Shown in pieces: positions 1 to 10,203 of a stretch of 36,585 nt of DNA (position 1 is its first letter; each line of letters starts with the position of its first letter). Location: NCBI RefSeq assembly GCF_000281045.1, contig NW_008246082.1, forward strand, positions 323,986-360,570. The letters are read 5' to 3'. The stretch is from Saprolegnia diclina VS20 (taxonomy: Eukaryota). The notes below the pieces were generated by a model, which made no database searches, was not told the origin of the DNA, and was given only the letters and a program-made list of their open reading frames with translations. Made by a program: the position numbers and the translations under genes.

Positions 1-83
1 CCTTGGTTGGGGTCAAACCCGCGTCCACCATGGTTGAACTTGCGCTTGATGTCGTTCTTGTTCTTGCCATGATATCCGGACAT
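1..83 (-). CDS. Possible 5' end of a gene running off the left edge (MSGYHGKNKNDIKRKFNHGGRGFDPNQ...), product unknown
   Basis: ATG at 83-81 followed by an open frame with GC3-rich codons (AAG AAC GAC ATC AAG CGC AAG TTC AAC) to the window edge. Only 27 codons are visible. Confidence 0.4.
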   Translation of the reverse strand, partial: MSGYHGKNKNDIKRKFNHGGRGFDPNQ

Positions 84-138
84 CCGGTTGATTCCAGATC
101 CGGTTGCTCGCTGAGCCCAGGGGTGAATAATGGTGAAA

Positions 139-176
139 GTACTTGATCTACATGTAGTCGAGTACCTACTAGTAGG
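139..176. promoter_or_regulatory. Nested palindromes centred on TACATGTA, plus the abutting perfect palindrome CCTACTAGTAGG
   Basis: 139-165 gtacttgatctacatgtagtcgagtac is a near-palindrome and 165-176 is a perfect 12-bp palindrome. TACATGTA is a recalled over-represented oomycete promoter motif, and this copy lies upstream of the ATG at 83. Confidence 0.4.
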
Positions 177-425
177 CTCCCAGAACCTGAGCTGTGCGAG
201 TGGGTTTATCATTTAAAACAACGTTGGCCGTTGGCAACAGCATCTCAAGGTACTCGTTCGGGCCGATGGGCTCATTAGGCAGCATCGGGCGCTGCGAAGA
301 GCGGCGTAGGTGCTCTCAATGTAGCACGCAATCGCCTCGAGCAGGTGTTGCGGAAGCGCTGGGACCATCCCTGCTGTCTGGGCTCGCTTGCTTGGCTTGT
401 CACGAACTCGTTCTCTGCCATCCTG

Positions 426-436
426 TGATTGGCTGA
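426..436 (-). promoter_or_regulatory. CCAAT box (TCAGCCAATCA on the minus strand)
   Basis: tgattggctga matches the extended NF-Y/CCAAT consensus; the location is intergenic. Confidence 0.35.
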
Positions 437-718
437 AATGTTGAAAATGGCGCGAGGAATCTCGATAACCCTTTCTTGATCGCACTTCAAGTCAAGCCGA
501 GCGGACGTCGCGCCTTGAAATCCTTGGCCATCATTCCGTGCGCGCTAGTGGACTGTATCCCACTTCACGCGCCCTGAATCAAGAGCACGGCGCCGAAGGA
601 AGCCGTCGAATGTCCACCTTCCGAGGTGAAATCTGTGGTAGATGAGTAGGTAAGAAGGCTATGTACTACAGTGTACTACCAGCAACATCATAATGGATGT
701 AAATACGTTTCTTTTTTG

Positions 719-1825
719 TCAAATCAACAACTCGACGCCGCAGTCGTGGCAGAACTGGACGAGTGTTAGCTGGTTGTGGTCCATGGCCCACGCAGCTAGC
801 GCGCGCAAAAACTACGCACCGTATCAGGATCATCATCCTTCCCTACAACGTACTGTGGTCTGGTGCGTAGGGTGCAACCCGACAGCAAGTACGAAGCGCA
901 AGGCTTCGAGCACAAAGCCGTTGAGCACCAGCACCGAGAGCGCCGCCAGTGGACCACCATCGTTGAGTCGTCCGACGAGGTCGAGGAGTGCGCCATGGTC
1001 CTTGCATTGAAGGATCCAGCGTTCCAGTGCGTCGGCAAAAACGCCATGCAATGTCATCTACCACGGGCTAAGCCATTGAACATCGCAGCAATCTTCCTAC
1101 CGGCGACTTGACATTGTGCAAGCGTGCACCCGTGTCGAGAAGGAGCTTCGTCGTGGCAACATCGCCGCTCTCTGTGGCCGCAAACAGCGCGCTGGTGCCC
1201 TTCTACTCAAATCAAACAAGCTGAGGTATGTCTAGACCCGTGGACGACGTAGGGTACCGCATCAAAGAGGTGCACGCTAGCGCCATGGTCTAATAAGAGC
1301 CGGGCGACGCGCGCATAGCCCCACGCCGCCACGCTGTGCAGGCTGCTGCGGCCGTTCTATTGCAACACTGTGTAAGACAAGACAAATCCGAACACAAAGG
1401 ACGACCGTATCCTGAACGTTGATGGCAGCACCATGGCGCACGAGCAGCTCGATGATCTCAAAGTACCCGTGCTCGGATGCGACTTGCAGCGGAGTGCGAC
1501 CAAGGAAGCGCTCGTCGGTCGCAGCACCAGACGCCAACAGGAGACGCACCACGTCGACGTGGCCATCGCGCGTCGCCAAGTGCAGCGACGAGATGCCATG
1601 CACGTGATCGTCCGAGGGCTTGTGCACATGCTCCTTCGGGTCGGCGCCAGCGCTCAAGAGAAACGCCGTTGCTGCGACGTGGCCGCCCCAGACGCAGAGA
1701 TGCAGCGCCGTGTAGCCAAAGTGCGTCCGATGCACCCAGCCTTCGTCACGCTCGAGGGCCAACACACGACCCAGACGCTTGACATCGCCTTGGCTTGCGG
1801 CGCGCCACCACGTTGTTGCCAGCAT
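719..1825 (-). CDS. Ankyrin-repeat protein, about 5 exons
   Basis: Canonical ANK repeats: GYTALHLCVWGGH, GISSLHLATRDGH, GRTPLQVASEHGY, NGRSSLHSVAAWGY, KGTSALFAATESGD. They are joined through short GT-AG introns (e.g. 1405-1357). The last exon FLRALAAWAMDHNQLTLVQFCHDCGVELLI* stops at 721-719. Confidence 0.85.
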
Positions 1826-2324
1826 TCCGCAAATTCCCAACTGCAAACTCGAGATTCGAATTTGACGAGTATCGTGTGCTCCCGCTCGTTGTTTCTACGG
1901 CCCCATCGCATGCAAAATAGGATCTGGTCCGTCGCTCTGGTCCGTCAGGCTCACGTTCCGTGACGACCCAAGGCTTGACCCAAGGCTTGCCTCCCATACC
2001 CGCATCCCGCCTCGGTCGTCGGCTGCACCACCGTGGCGGGTGATTCAAATCGACCCGGAATAAGCTTGATAAGTTGATACCAAACACGGCACACGCGATC
2101 CAAACTGTCGACGCTGACAGCAAACTAGGCGACCTCACCAACGAACTGCGCTGCAATCCCTACGACCATAGACAACGCCAACAAACGCAAGCCCGAGGAA
2201 GTGGGACGAAGCGAGAGAGTGGGACGTTGAAGTGCCTAATGCGTCTGGTCGGCAGCTGCCGAATAAGTAGCCAAACTGCAGTGCTCGTCACAGGTCGCGT
2301 CACATGACAACCCAAACGAGGCTA

Positions 2325-4856
2325 TTACATGAGCTTCCGGAACGAGAGCACGTCAAAACACACATCGCAGACGCGCGCGGCCGACGGCTGGTTAAACTTG
2401 GGCAACGGAATCCGGTTGGACGAGCACCGGTAGCAGATCACGCGCCCGCAGTGGCGGCAATGGTGCTTGCGCATGGCCATGCCAAACGACTGGCTGCACG
2501 ACATGCACTCGACGACCGTGTCGTCGGCCACCCACGGCGGCGGCACGTTGACGTTCTTGAGGATCGGGACCACCATGACGCCTTGGGACGTGCTCTCGGC
2601 GAGGTTGACGACGCTCCGGCCTACGGTACATCCATTTTTATGCAAATCCACCTCGTAATGAGTGCGTACCGACGAGGTCCTGGACGTAAACCGGCGCTCC
2701 CGCTCGCACTAGAGCGACTGCGATCGCCTCACTGGCTGTCCCCACGGCCAAGTGCAACGGCGTGCTTCCGTCCAGACTCTGCACTTGAATGTCGGCGCCA
2801 TGTTCCCGCTACGTGCGTCGCATGAGAGGCTTCGGCAGTGTCGGAAAGGAGGTCGTACAAACATATCAAGGACAGAGACGGGCCCCGTGTGGTGCGCGCA
2901 GAACGTATGCAGCGGCGTGTAGCCTACGTCACGCGTTGACCAATAATCGTTGTCGTCGGCGTGTGCATACCAAACCAGTTGGGTATGTTCGGGTCGCTTC
3001 CGTTCTCCAAGAGCACTTGAAGAATCTTCTCGCATCGGTCTTTTGGCGCCATCGCGGCCAAGTTGAGCGCCGTGTTGCCTGCATACCGTCGTCAGCTCCG
3101 TCTCCTAAGCACATCCTCCACGCACTCTTGTAGTCGACGGCGTTGATGTCAAACGATGGACCAGGCATCGCGTCCATGCTGTCGGGACTCGCACTGACTG
3201 CGCTCGCGCGATCTTCCGTGAGCTTGAGCAGAATAAGAACCACGGGCGCATGGCCGTGGGCGGCCGCCATATGAAAAGGCGTCTACGCAGGGTTGAGCTA
3301 AATCGCAAGCAGCTAAAGTACCTGGCCCTGGTCGTCGAGGACATCGAGGTCGGCGCCTTGTTGGAAGAGAAGACTCACGATACCAATGTCGCCGCTATCA
3401 TTCACTCAACGTCGCCGTAAGAGACACAAGGTACCGGCTCGCAGCGACGTGCATGGGCACTTGACCACGCATGTTGGGGATGTTGGGGTTGCACTTGTCG
3501 GCAAGCGCCTCGGCGACCGCCTTCACCACGGTGAGCATTGACAAGAGTGCAGATACACGACGTACGACGGTGCTCGCAACGTGCAGCGGCGTGTTGCCGT
3601 CGCAATCTTGAAAGTTGGGGACGGCGTTGCAGCTTAATAAATACGCCACAATGTCCACATGGCCAAAGTGACTAATAGCATTATTTGCTCAGCAAGCACC
3701 GAGAGAGCCCACAAATACCTCGCAATGTGCAACGGCGTCTGCTGCCGCCCAAACGCATGCGTATCGGCGAGCGTCGATATGAGGTTGACGTCGGCGCCGT
3801 GGTCGCGCACGAGCAGTTCGCAGTGCAGGCGGTTCCCGCTTGCGCAGGCCATGAGGAACCAGCCCTGGATGCTGTTCTCCATGAGAATGTGGTCGAGCGT
3901 CGGGAGCACAAGCACGCGTCGGAGGATGGCTTCGTTCTGCGTCTGGAGCGCGGCCACCAGCGGGAGCACACCAGCGTCGTTCGCCTGTGCGAGCAGCGCG
4001 GTCATGTCGTTCTCATCCGACTAGACAGAGTATGAGACAAGATATTGGAGCGCTCAGTGAACCAAGAGCGCGTCGACAACGCGGAGGTTTTGGTGTTGAA
4101 TCGCAAGGACGAGAGGCACGCTGGTGCGTTGCCGGTAGATGGAGAGAAGGCGCTCGGTGGAGCATTGCGCGAGCTGCAGCAGCCTACGCAGCGAATGATG
4201 CAGGAAGGAGACGTTGATCGCGTACTGTTGCATCTCGGCGTCCGGCATCGTCATGATCGTGCGCATGCACTCATCGACAAGGCGACGCATGGCGCAACGC
4301 ACCGGGCTGGCGCTGTCCATGACATGAAAGACGTCCGAGTCGACCATGTTGAGGATCTCCATGAGGTGCAACTTGTGGTTGGGCGCCTCGGCCTCGATGC
4401 ACAAGATGCATAACCGCGGAACGTCATACCTACTGACCGCATGAGCAGGTGGTTTGCAAGCATTATGCTGTACCGAGCAGCGGCTTGGAGCAAGTCGAGC
4501 CAAAAGCTGTCCGATGATGGCGTGGCCTGGATCTTGCCCGTGTAGAGATAGCGCAGGAGCTCCTTGAAGATGGCGTACGAGGTGTCTTGGACGACGATCT
4601 TGAGCGGGAGACGAAGACGCTTGGAGCCGGTCGCGATGTTGGTGATGCTCGTCGAGCTATCGAGGAAGGCTGTGCGAAAGGCGCCCGAGCGCAGCGACAG
4701 CAAGAGCCGGTGGGCAGGCACACTCATGGCCGCGTCGGCGCCGCCCGACGGAGGGAAGAGGAGGAGCACGTCGCTCAGGTGGGCGTTCATGAAGAGCCCG
4801 CGGATCTCGTCTTCCTCGGCAACGCCAATGATGCCCATGCTCGTCGGGTCGACCAT
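2325..4856 (-). CDS. BTB/POZ + ankyrin repeats + C-terminal FYVE zinc finger protein (rabankyrin-5/ANKFY1-like architecture), multi-exon
   Basis: BTB: LSDVLLLF...VPAHRLLLSLRSGAFR...FKELLRYLYTG. ANK: QTPLHIA, DGNTPLHVA, RGQVPMHVAA, GYTPLH. FYVE with all three signatures: WVADD, RKHHCRHCG, RVCDVC. The start could be 4856 (MVDPTS) or 4994. Confidence 0.88.
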
Positions 4857-5379
4857 TCTGGCCGGCGAAGAAGATGCTGCCGGTCCGGAAATCGGACCGG
4901 ACCCCGAGTGTAAAATACGTGTTTTTACGCCCCGTGAGAAATACATGCGGAGCGAGACCGACGAAACCGGTACAACTGGAAGCATGAGAAACATGATACC
5001 GCAAGAGCTGCACCTTGCTACACTGATGCTTCTAGGCTACCCTAATGCGTAATACCAGGCTGCGACTCGAACCGATTGTTCAGGACGCATTGCGGCGTGG
5101 ATTTCACACATGCTGTGTAAATTGTGTGTAGTATATTTACCACATAAAACACACACATGTACTAAAAATAGATTTGGCACTGGGACAGGGTTCGATCCTC
5201 GATCGGCCACTGCGCTTGCATTTTCTCATAACCGAATTTGTAAAGATAAATAACGACTAAAAGACATATTGTACACGTCTACACACTCGTTTATATATTC
5301 TTATCTATCGACTAGGTGACAATGACGTCGTCGCCATGCATTCCTTCCAAGAATGCTCCAATGCGACAGCCGTAAAGCT

Positions 5380-7230
5380 TCATGTCGGGCGTTGTACATA
5401 GCGTTGGTAGAGCCGAGTTGTCGTACGAGACGCTGTGATGCGCCGCTCGTCGACGAGGTACGCGATGCACGCATGGTTTCGCATGAGGCAGGCCTGCTGC
5501 AGTGCCGTGTCGAGCATCCCATTTGCATCGGGCTCATCGCAGAGCCACTTGAGAATATCGACGCGATCGGTCTCGACCGCCGTCAAGAGGGCCTCGCGAA
5601 CACTGGCTTCGTCGCGGTGTCTCAAGATGAAGGCGACCATGTCGACGCGACCACTGTGTACAGCGGCCCAGATTGTCTTTTCGGTAAAACCAGCGTAGTT
5701 GTGCTCGTGGTAGAACTGCACGAGAGCGACATGGCCGCCCAACGTGGCGTCGTAGACGTACCGGGGCAGGTGTCCGTCCAGTTCGAGCGCATGCGCGTAC
5801 TGGGCAATGTTCGCGTGGCCAAAGTAGCTGCACCGATGCCACACTTTTTCCATCGTAAAGCCGAGGCCGTTCAAGAACCGTAGGAGCTCGACATGCCCCG
5901 ACTCGGCGGCGTGGGCGACGCAATCGGCGTAGACCACCGCGTCTCGGACAAGCTGATTCGCCGAGAGGACGCACTGATGCGCCTTCTCGCAGCGAAGCTC
6001 GAGCCGTTGACTTATGACAAGGCGCGGGCTTAGCCAGCGCACGACCTCCATGTTACCGTAGGAAATGGCGTAGGCGAAGAGATGCGGGAGGCAGAGAATG
6101 TGCAAATCATGCTTGTCGTGTCGAGCCCGCCACGCCGTAAACAGTGCATGGTACGCTGCGTACGAAGCCATCCCGGGTACTTGATGCGGCGTCTCGTAGA
6201 TCGCATGGCGGTGACAGAGCTCGAGAAGACCAATGGTGTGCGTATCAAAGCCGGGTTGGTACGATGTGACGAGACCGAGAAGCTCCTTGGACACGAGGAC
6301 GGACGTGATGCGCTGATGGCGCAGGACCTTGGAGAGCTCGTCGCGGAGGCACTGGACAGCAGCTTGCGCACAGCAGTACGCGGCGACTTCCAAGGCGCCG
6401 GTCAAAAAGGGACGCGCATTGGGCTGCTGGCAGAGCCATTGAAGAAGCTCCAGGCGGCGGTGGTATATGGCGTCATACAGAGCTGTCTTGAAAGAAAGAT
6501 CTTTGAGATGTGGGTGTGTGAGGAGCGCTTGCACTGTCGGTAGGTCGCCGTGCCGGACGGCCAGCGCAAGTGTGTACGAGTTCACGCCATCGACACGCAG
6601 CGTGTTGAAGTATCGCACGAGCTCGAAATGACCGTTCTCAGCAGCATCGTTGACAAGTGCGTCGGGCCAAACGCCAAGACGATGCTCAACGACAAAGCGG
6701 GCGACGTCGAGATGCCCACCAAAACAGACGGCGCGCCAGACGTCGACCATGTCAAAGCCGCAGTCAAAGAGGAAGCGTAAGAGCTCTACATGGCCCTTTG
6801 TCGCAGCACGACGCACGCAGTCGGAGGCGCGGATGGTCATTGCGGGCCCGAGCTGCTCGGAGGCGCAAGGGCACGCGCGACACCCGACTGCATGGAGAAC
6901 GAGCGTTGTCTTGTTCCAGAACACAGCCTCGCGGTTGACGAGCCACTGAAGAACATGAACGTCGCCACAACGAAGCGCGTACGCAAAGAGATGCGGCGCG
7001 CAGAGCAATGGAAGCGCGGCGGTGCCATGGCGCGCAAGCCAGCGCTGGAAGGTCGCCGCGTCCGCTGCGTCGTCGTCGTCGTCGGCTTGCGGCTCGTAGC
7101 CGTAGCTGGCTGCAAGCCGGACGCTGCGGCAGCGCAGTGGGCCATCGGTTGACAGCGCGTCGCTTTGGTAGCTGCAGATGCGCGGAAGCAAGCGACTCGA
7201 GCAGAGCACGTGCGCCGCGACGGTGTGCAT
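5380..7230 (-). CDS. Intronless ankyrin-like repeat protein made of two tandem ~310-aa modules
   Basis: Open frame 5380-7314; the likely start is MHTVAAHVL at 7230 because the upstream part is an AT-rich palindrome. Degenerate ANK repeats are present (AATKGHVELLRFL, AAENGHFELVRYF, AAESGHVELLRFL). The motif VLxSxxLLxxIxSYQ occurs twice. Confidence 0.85.
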   Translation of the reverse strand: MHTVAAHVLCSSRLLPRICSYQSDALSTDGPLRCRSVRLAASYGYEPQADDDDDAADAATFQRWLARHGTAALPLLCAPHLFAYALRCGDVHVLQWLVNREAVFWNKTTLVLHAVGCRACPCASEQLGPAMTIRASDCVRRAATKGHVELLRFLFDCGFDMVDVWRAVCFGGHLDVARFVVEHRLGVWPDALVNDAAENGHFELVRYFNTLRVDGVNSYTLALAVRHGDLPTVQALLTHPHLKDLSFKTALYDAIYHRRLELLQWLCQQPNARPFLTGALEVAAYCCAQAAVQCLRDELSKVLRHQRITSVLVSKELLGLVTSYQPGFDTHTIGLLELCHRHAIYETPHQVPGMASYAAYHALFTAWRARHDKHDLHILCLPHLFAYAISYGNMEVVRWLSPRLVISQRLELRCEKAHQCVLSANQLVRDAVVYADCVAHAAESGHVELLRFLNGLGFTMEKVWHRCSYFGHANIAQYAHALELDGHLPRYVYDATLGGHVALVQFYHEHNYAGFTEKTIWAAVHSGRVDMVAFILRHRDEASVREALLTAVETDRVDILKWLCDEPDANGMLDTALQQACLMRNHACIAYLVDERRITASRTTTRLYQRYVQRPT

Positions 7231-7264
7231 GCCACGAATTCCGTGGACCCCATGTTTAAAACGC

Positions 7265-7333
7265 AGCAATATGTATAAAACATTTGATACTTTGGGAATT
7301 TTCCAAAGCATCAAGTGTTTTATACATATTGCT
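7265..7333. repeat. 69-bp near-perfect AT-rich palindrome (hairpin/cruciform)
   Basis: agcaatatgtataaaacatttgatactttgggaattttccaaagcatcaagtgttttatacatattgct. The arms pair fully except for two G-T pairs and one A-C mismatch. Confidence 0.92.
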
Positions 7334-7473
7334 CAACCAAATACAACGCAGGCAGAGCGCTATACTACTGAGACACCTACACCGCGTACCACCGTGGCGC
7401 AGCTTGGCTTGAATTGCAGAGCTTATAAAACGAGATGCAGCATGATTCAAGATCGTCACTGGGTCAAGAACTG

Positions 7474-9009
7474 CTACGCGATGCGACTCGACACGACCAA
7501 CGTATTGTCCTTGAGCTCGAGGCCGAGACCGTGCTGCGACGCAAGCTCGTGCAAAACCGCGCCATGAACTTGCGGACTCTGGCCACCACCAAACGGCATG
7601 GACACGGTCACGCCAGGGCGCATCGCGACGGCCTTGAAGAGACCGTCCAATGCCGCGACATCCTCGAGTCGTTGGTCGGCAAGCTCGAATCGCAGCGGCA
7701 ACCGAGGCGTCGCGACAGTGAGCGCCGTCGCGAGCTCGCGCATGCAGAGGTCGTTGCCCTCGGCTTGCGTAAAACGCACAAAATGGACGCCGGCTTCGAT
7801 CCAGCGCCGGAACGCGCCTCCGACGCGGCCCATCTCACGGCCGCTAAACGACGACCAGAAGCCCCACGTGACCGACTCGAGGCAGCGCGACGTGCTGATC
7901 CAGTCGAGCAGCGCAAGGCGTGTGCCAGACGACGCCTCAAAGACGTTGAGCGTCACGACCCGCAAGGACGACGGACCCGCTGCCTGCTTGACGGCAGACG
8001 TGTCGGCGAGGCTCGTGCACACGAGCGAGATCTCTTCGAGACGCGGCAGTCGTGGCAGCACCGCTGCGAGAAAGCTGCTGTCGCCAAACGCAAACACTTC
8101 AAGGTCGAGGTGCGTCATCACAGAGAGGTCGAGACGGTGCAGAAGCTGGCGCAGTCCTTCGATCGACGACGTTCGAACGCGGAGACGCGTCAACGGGCGC
8201 GTGAGTCGAGGTCCAGAGGTGAGGCTGCTGATGACTCCGTCGGCAAGGACAAATTCGAGGCTTTGGAGCGTCGGTGTCGCCGCCAGCGCGGCCGCCAACA
8301 TGTCATTGTCCTCCGTCTCGAATCGCCACAGCGACAAATGGGTCGCATACCCCGTTCGCAGCCACGGCCCAAGAAGCGCGACGCCGTCGTCAACGTCAAA
8401 GCAGTCGCCGTCGTCCGCAAACAAATCGAGTCGGCGGACGTGGTGCGCGCGCGTCGTGATCGCGCGAATGATTCGCTCTGGCTTATCGCGGGGTTGCACT
8501 TCAACGTGGTGGAGGCCCGTGCACAACTCGAGCACGCTGCCGAGCACGTCTGTTCCGCCACCAAGCTCTTCGCTCAGCACCGTGACGGATGCGACCTTGT
8601 GTCCCCACTGCGCTGCAAACCCGAGAAGGTTCATGGTCGGCCCAGAACGCGTCGCGAGATGCTGCTGGAGCGCGACGAGGTTGCCGACCCGGATCGTCGT
8701 GAAGGATGGCATCGCGGCCAGCACGAGATCCATCATGGCTGCGTCCATACTGTCGTCGAGGCAGGGCTGCGGCCAAAGCGGGTGCTGCTCGCATTGCCGC
8801 GCTAGGAGCTCGCGGAGCGCTGCGAGCGGCGCCGGGAGCGCATGAAGCGGGAGTGCCCGTAGAAGAGCAGTGACGTCGGCGGGCGAGGCCATGCACTGGA
8901 CGAGGCGGACGAGGACGTCGGGGCTCATGGCCAGGAACGAGGTCTCGGTCATCTTGTGCTTCTTCGGTGCTTGAGCTGGACGAGGCAAATTGGGATTTGC
9001 CAACTGCAT
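7474..9009 (-). CDS. Intronless F-box-like + RNI-type leucine-rich-repeat protein, 511 aa
   Basis: N-terminal FLAMSPDVLVRLVQCM...DVTALLRAL is F-box-like. LRR units: CTGLHHVEV, VRRLDL, TPTLQSLEF, LTRLRV, MTHLDL, LPRLEEISL, SSLRVVTL, RCLESVT. Confidence 0.8.
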   Translation of the reverse strand: MQLANPNLPRPAQAPKKHKMTETSFLAMSPDVLVRLVQCMASPADVTALLRALPLHALPAPLAALRELLARQCEQHPLWPQPCLDDSMDAAMMDLVLAAMPSFTTIRVGNLVALQQHLATRSGPTMNLLGFAAQWGHKVASVTVLSEELGGGTDVLGSVLELCTGLHHVEVQPRDKPERIIRAITTRAHHVRRLDLFADDGDCFDVDDGVALLGPWLRTGYATHLSLWRFETEDNDMLAAALAATPTLQSLEFVLADGVISSLTSGPRLTRPLTRLRVRTSSIEGLRQLLHRLDLSVMTHLDLEVFAFGDSSFLAAVLPRLPRLEEISLVCTSLADTSAVKQAAGPSSLRVVTLNVFEASSGTRLALLDWISTSRCLESVTWGFWSSFSGREMGRVGGAFRRWIEAGVHFVRFTQAEGNDLCMRELATALTVATPRLPLRFELADQRLEDVAALDGLFKAVAMRPGVTVSMPFGGGQSPQVHGAVLHELASQHGLGLELKDNTLVVSSRIA

Positions 9010-9579
9010 TGCAAAATTTCAACCCGACTCAAACTCAAGACTCAAAAGTGCCAACGGTCAACTTCAACGTGGCAAGCACGCCGCGCAGGGTCGTTTTAAT
9101 ATACGCTACCTAGGCAGCGAGGCATCCATAGCACACACGGGTTGATATAGCAAGCGCCGACGTGGCAGCTAGGGCAGTGCTTTGGTCCATTCTTGTCTTG
9201 CCGTCTCGCCGTTGCCACTGAAACTCAAGCACAAAACTCAAAACTCAAAACCGTGCCGGTCTTGCCGTTGGTTATTCGGATGTTTCCGGCGCCAAAAGAG
9301 ATCTTTCAAGAAGCACCGGCGAGGCTGAGTGTGACGGCCAGACCATGACTCACGTCGTGTATAGCCCCACGTACGCAGCGCCGACGCTCTACCTACGCGC
9401 GACGACGCCAGGTACGCCAACGCGCCTGCGCATCCATCCCAACGTGCGATGTGGTTGATGCAGATGGGCGGCCCGTTCCGACGTCGACCGTGCGCGCGCA
9501 GGTGCATATATATATAGGTGCATGCCTCCGTGAGCGTCCTAGCAGATCGATACTCAACCTCGTATCGATCTGCAAGCGG

Positions 9580-9930
9580 GCGCTCATGGAGGCGGTGCAG
9601 AGGGCTGCGGTGTTGTCAATGGCGTAGAGTACGCCGTTGCTGACCGAAAGAGCCGTCCACGAGTTCGTGTGCGTGATGGGCGCCGACCACGTCAACATCG
9701 AGGGCAAGGTCGACGCTGCCGTGGAGCATTCGATAGCTTTGTTCGGGTTAACACCACAAAGCGCCTTGTCATTAAATGAGATCTGGTTGGAGTGCGACGC
9801 TTGGGATCTTCGCCCACTCGCCGTGGCCGCCGAAAAACATGCTGCTGGAGTAGTACAAGTAGCACGCCACACAAACCGTACGTGGTCGTGGACGCGGAAA
9901 TGAGGTTGGGGGCATTGTAATTCCAAAGTA
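9580..9930 (-). pseudogene. Frameshifted tectonin/tachylectin-like beta-propeller relic
   Basis: Joining three minus frames gives WNYNAPNLISASTTTYGLCGV / LYYSSSMFFGGHGEWAKIPSVAL / NQISFNDKALCGVNPNKAIECS...TWSAP...WTALSVSNGVLYAID. These are repeated W..I...L.QIS....LCGVN blades. Confidence 0.55.
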
Positions 9931-10203
9931 TTTTTGAAAGCGAATCAAGAGGTTGGGCACTGTCGTGATTCCTCTCGTACTCCCAAGGGCGTGGATGGTT
10001 AGCAGACGCGATCAAGACAGTGTAGAACGTCCATTTGTCTATCGGTGGCTCTGATAGACGGATTTGTCTGCTAGTGGCGCTGTCGGACTTTTGTGTAGAC
10101 CAACGCGTGGCCGTCGCGAAACAATACATGAGGTGATAAGCATTTTTCCTATCAGCTCACCCCGCACGGGCCCTTTATGCCGCTGATGAAAGCATTTCGA
10201 AAA

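Noticed and set aside
1923..1989. Short direct repeats (tctggtccgtc x2, gacccaaggctt x2), possible CRISPR-like array
   Set aside because: Only two copies each, no spacer structure, eukaryotic context; simple slippage duplications.
5175..5210. tRNA/B-box-like GGGTTCGATCC...GGCCA
   Set aside because: No acceptor, D or anticodon arms can be folded upstream and the T-stem is poor. At most a tRNA or SINE scrap.
7231..7314. N-terminal extension MMLWKIPKVSNVLY... of the 644-aa ORF
   Set aside because: It starts at a non-ATG codon inside the AT-rich palindrome and its composition is unlike coding sequence; the ATG at 7230 is preferred.
7435..8845. Plus-strand ORFs of 456 and 415 aa
   Set aside because: Antisense shadows of the LRR gene, Arg/Ser-rich and without domains.
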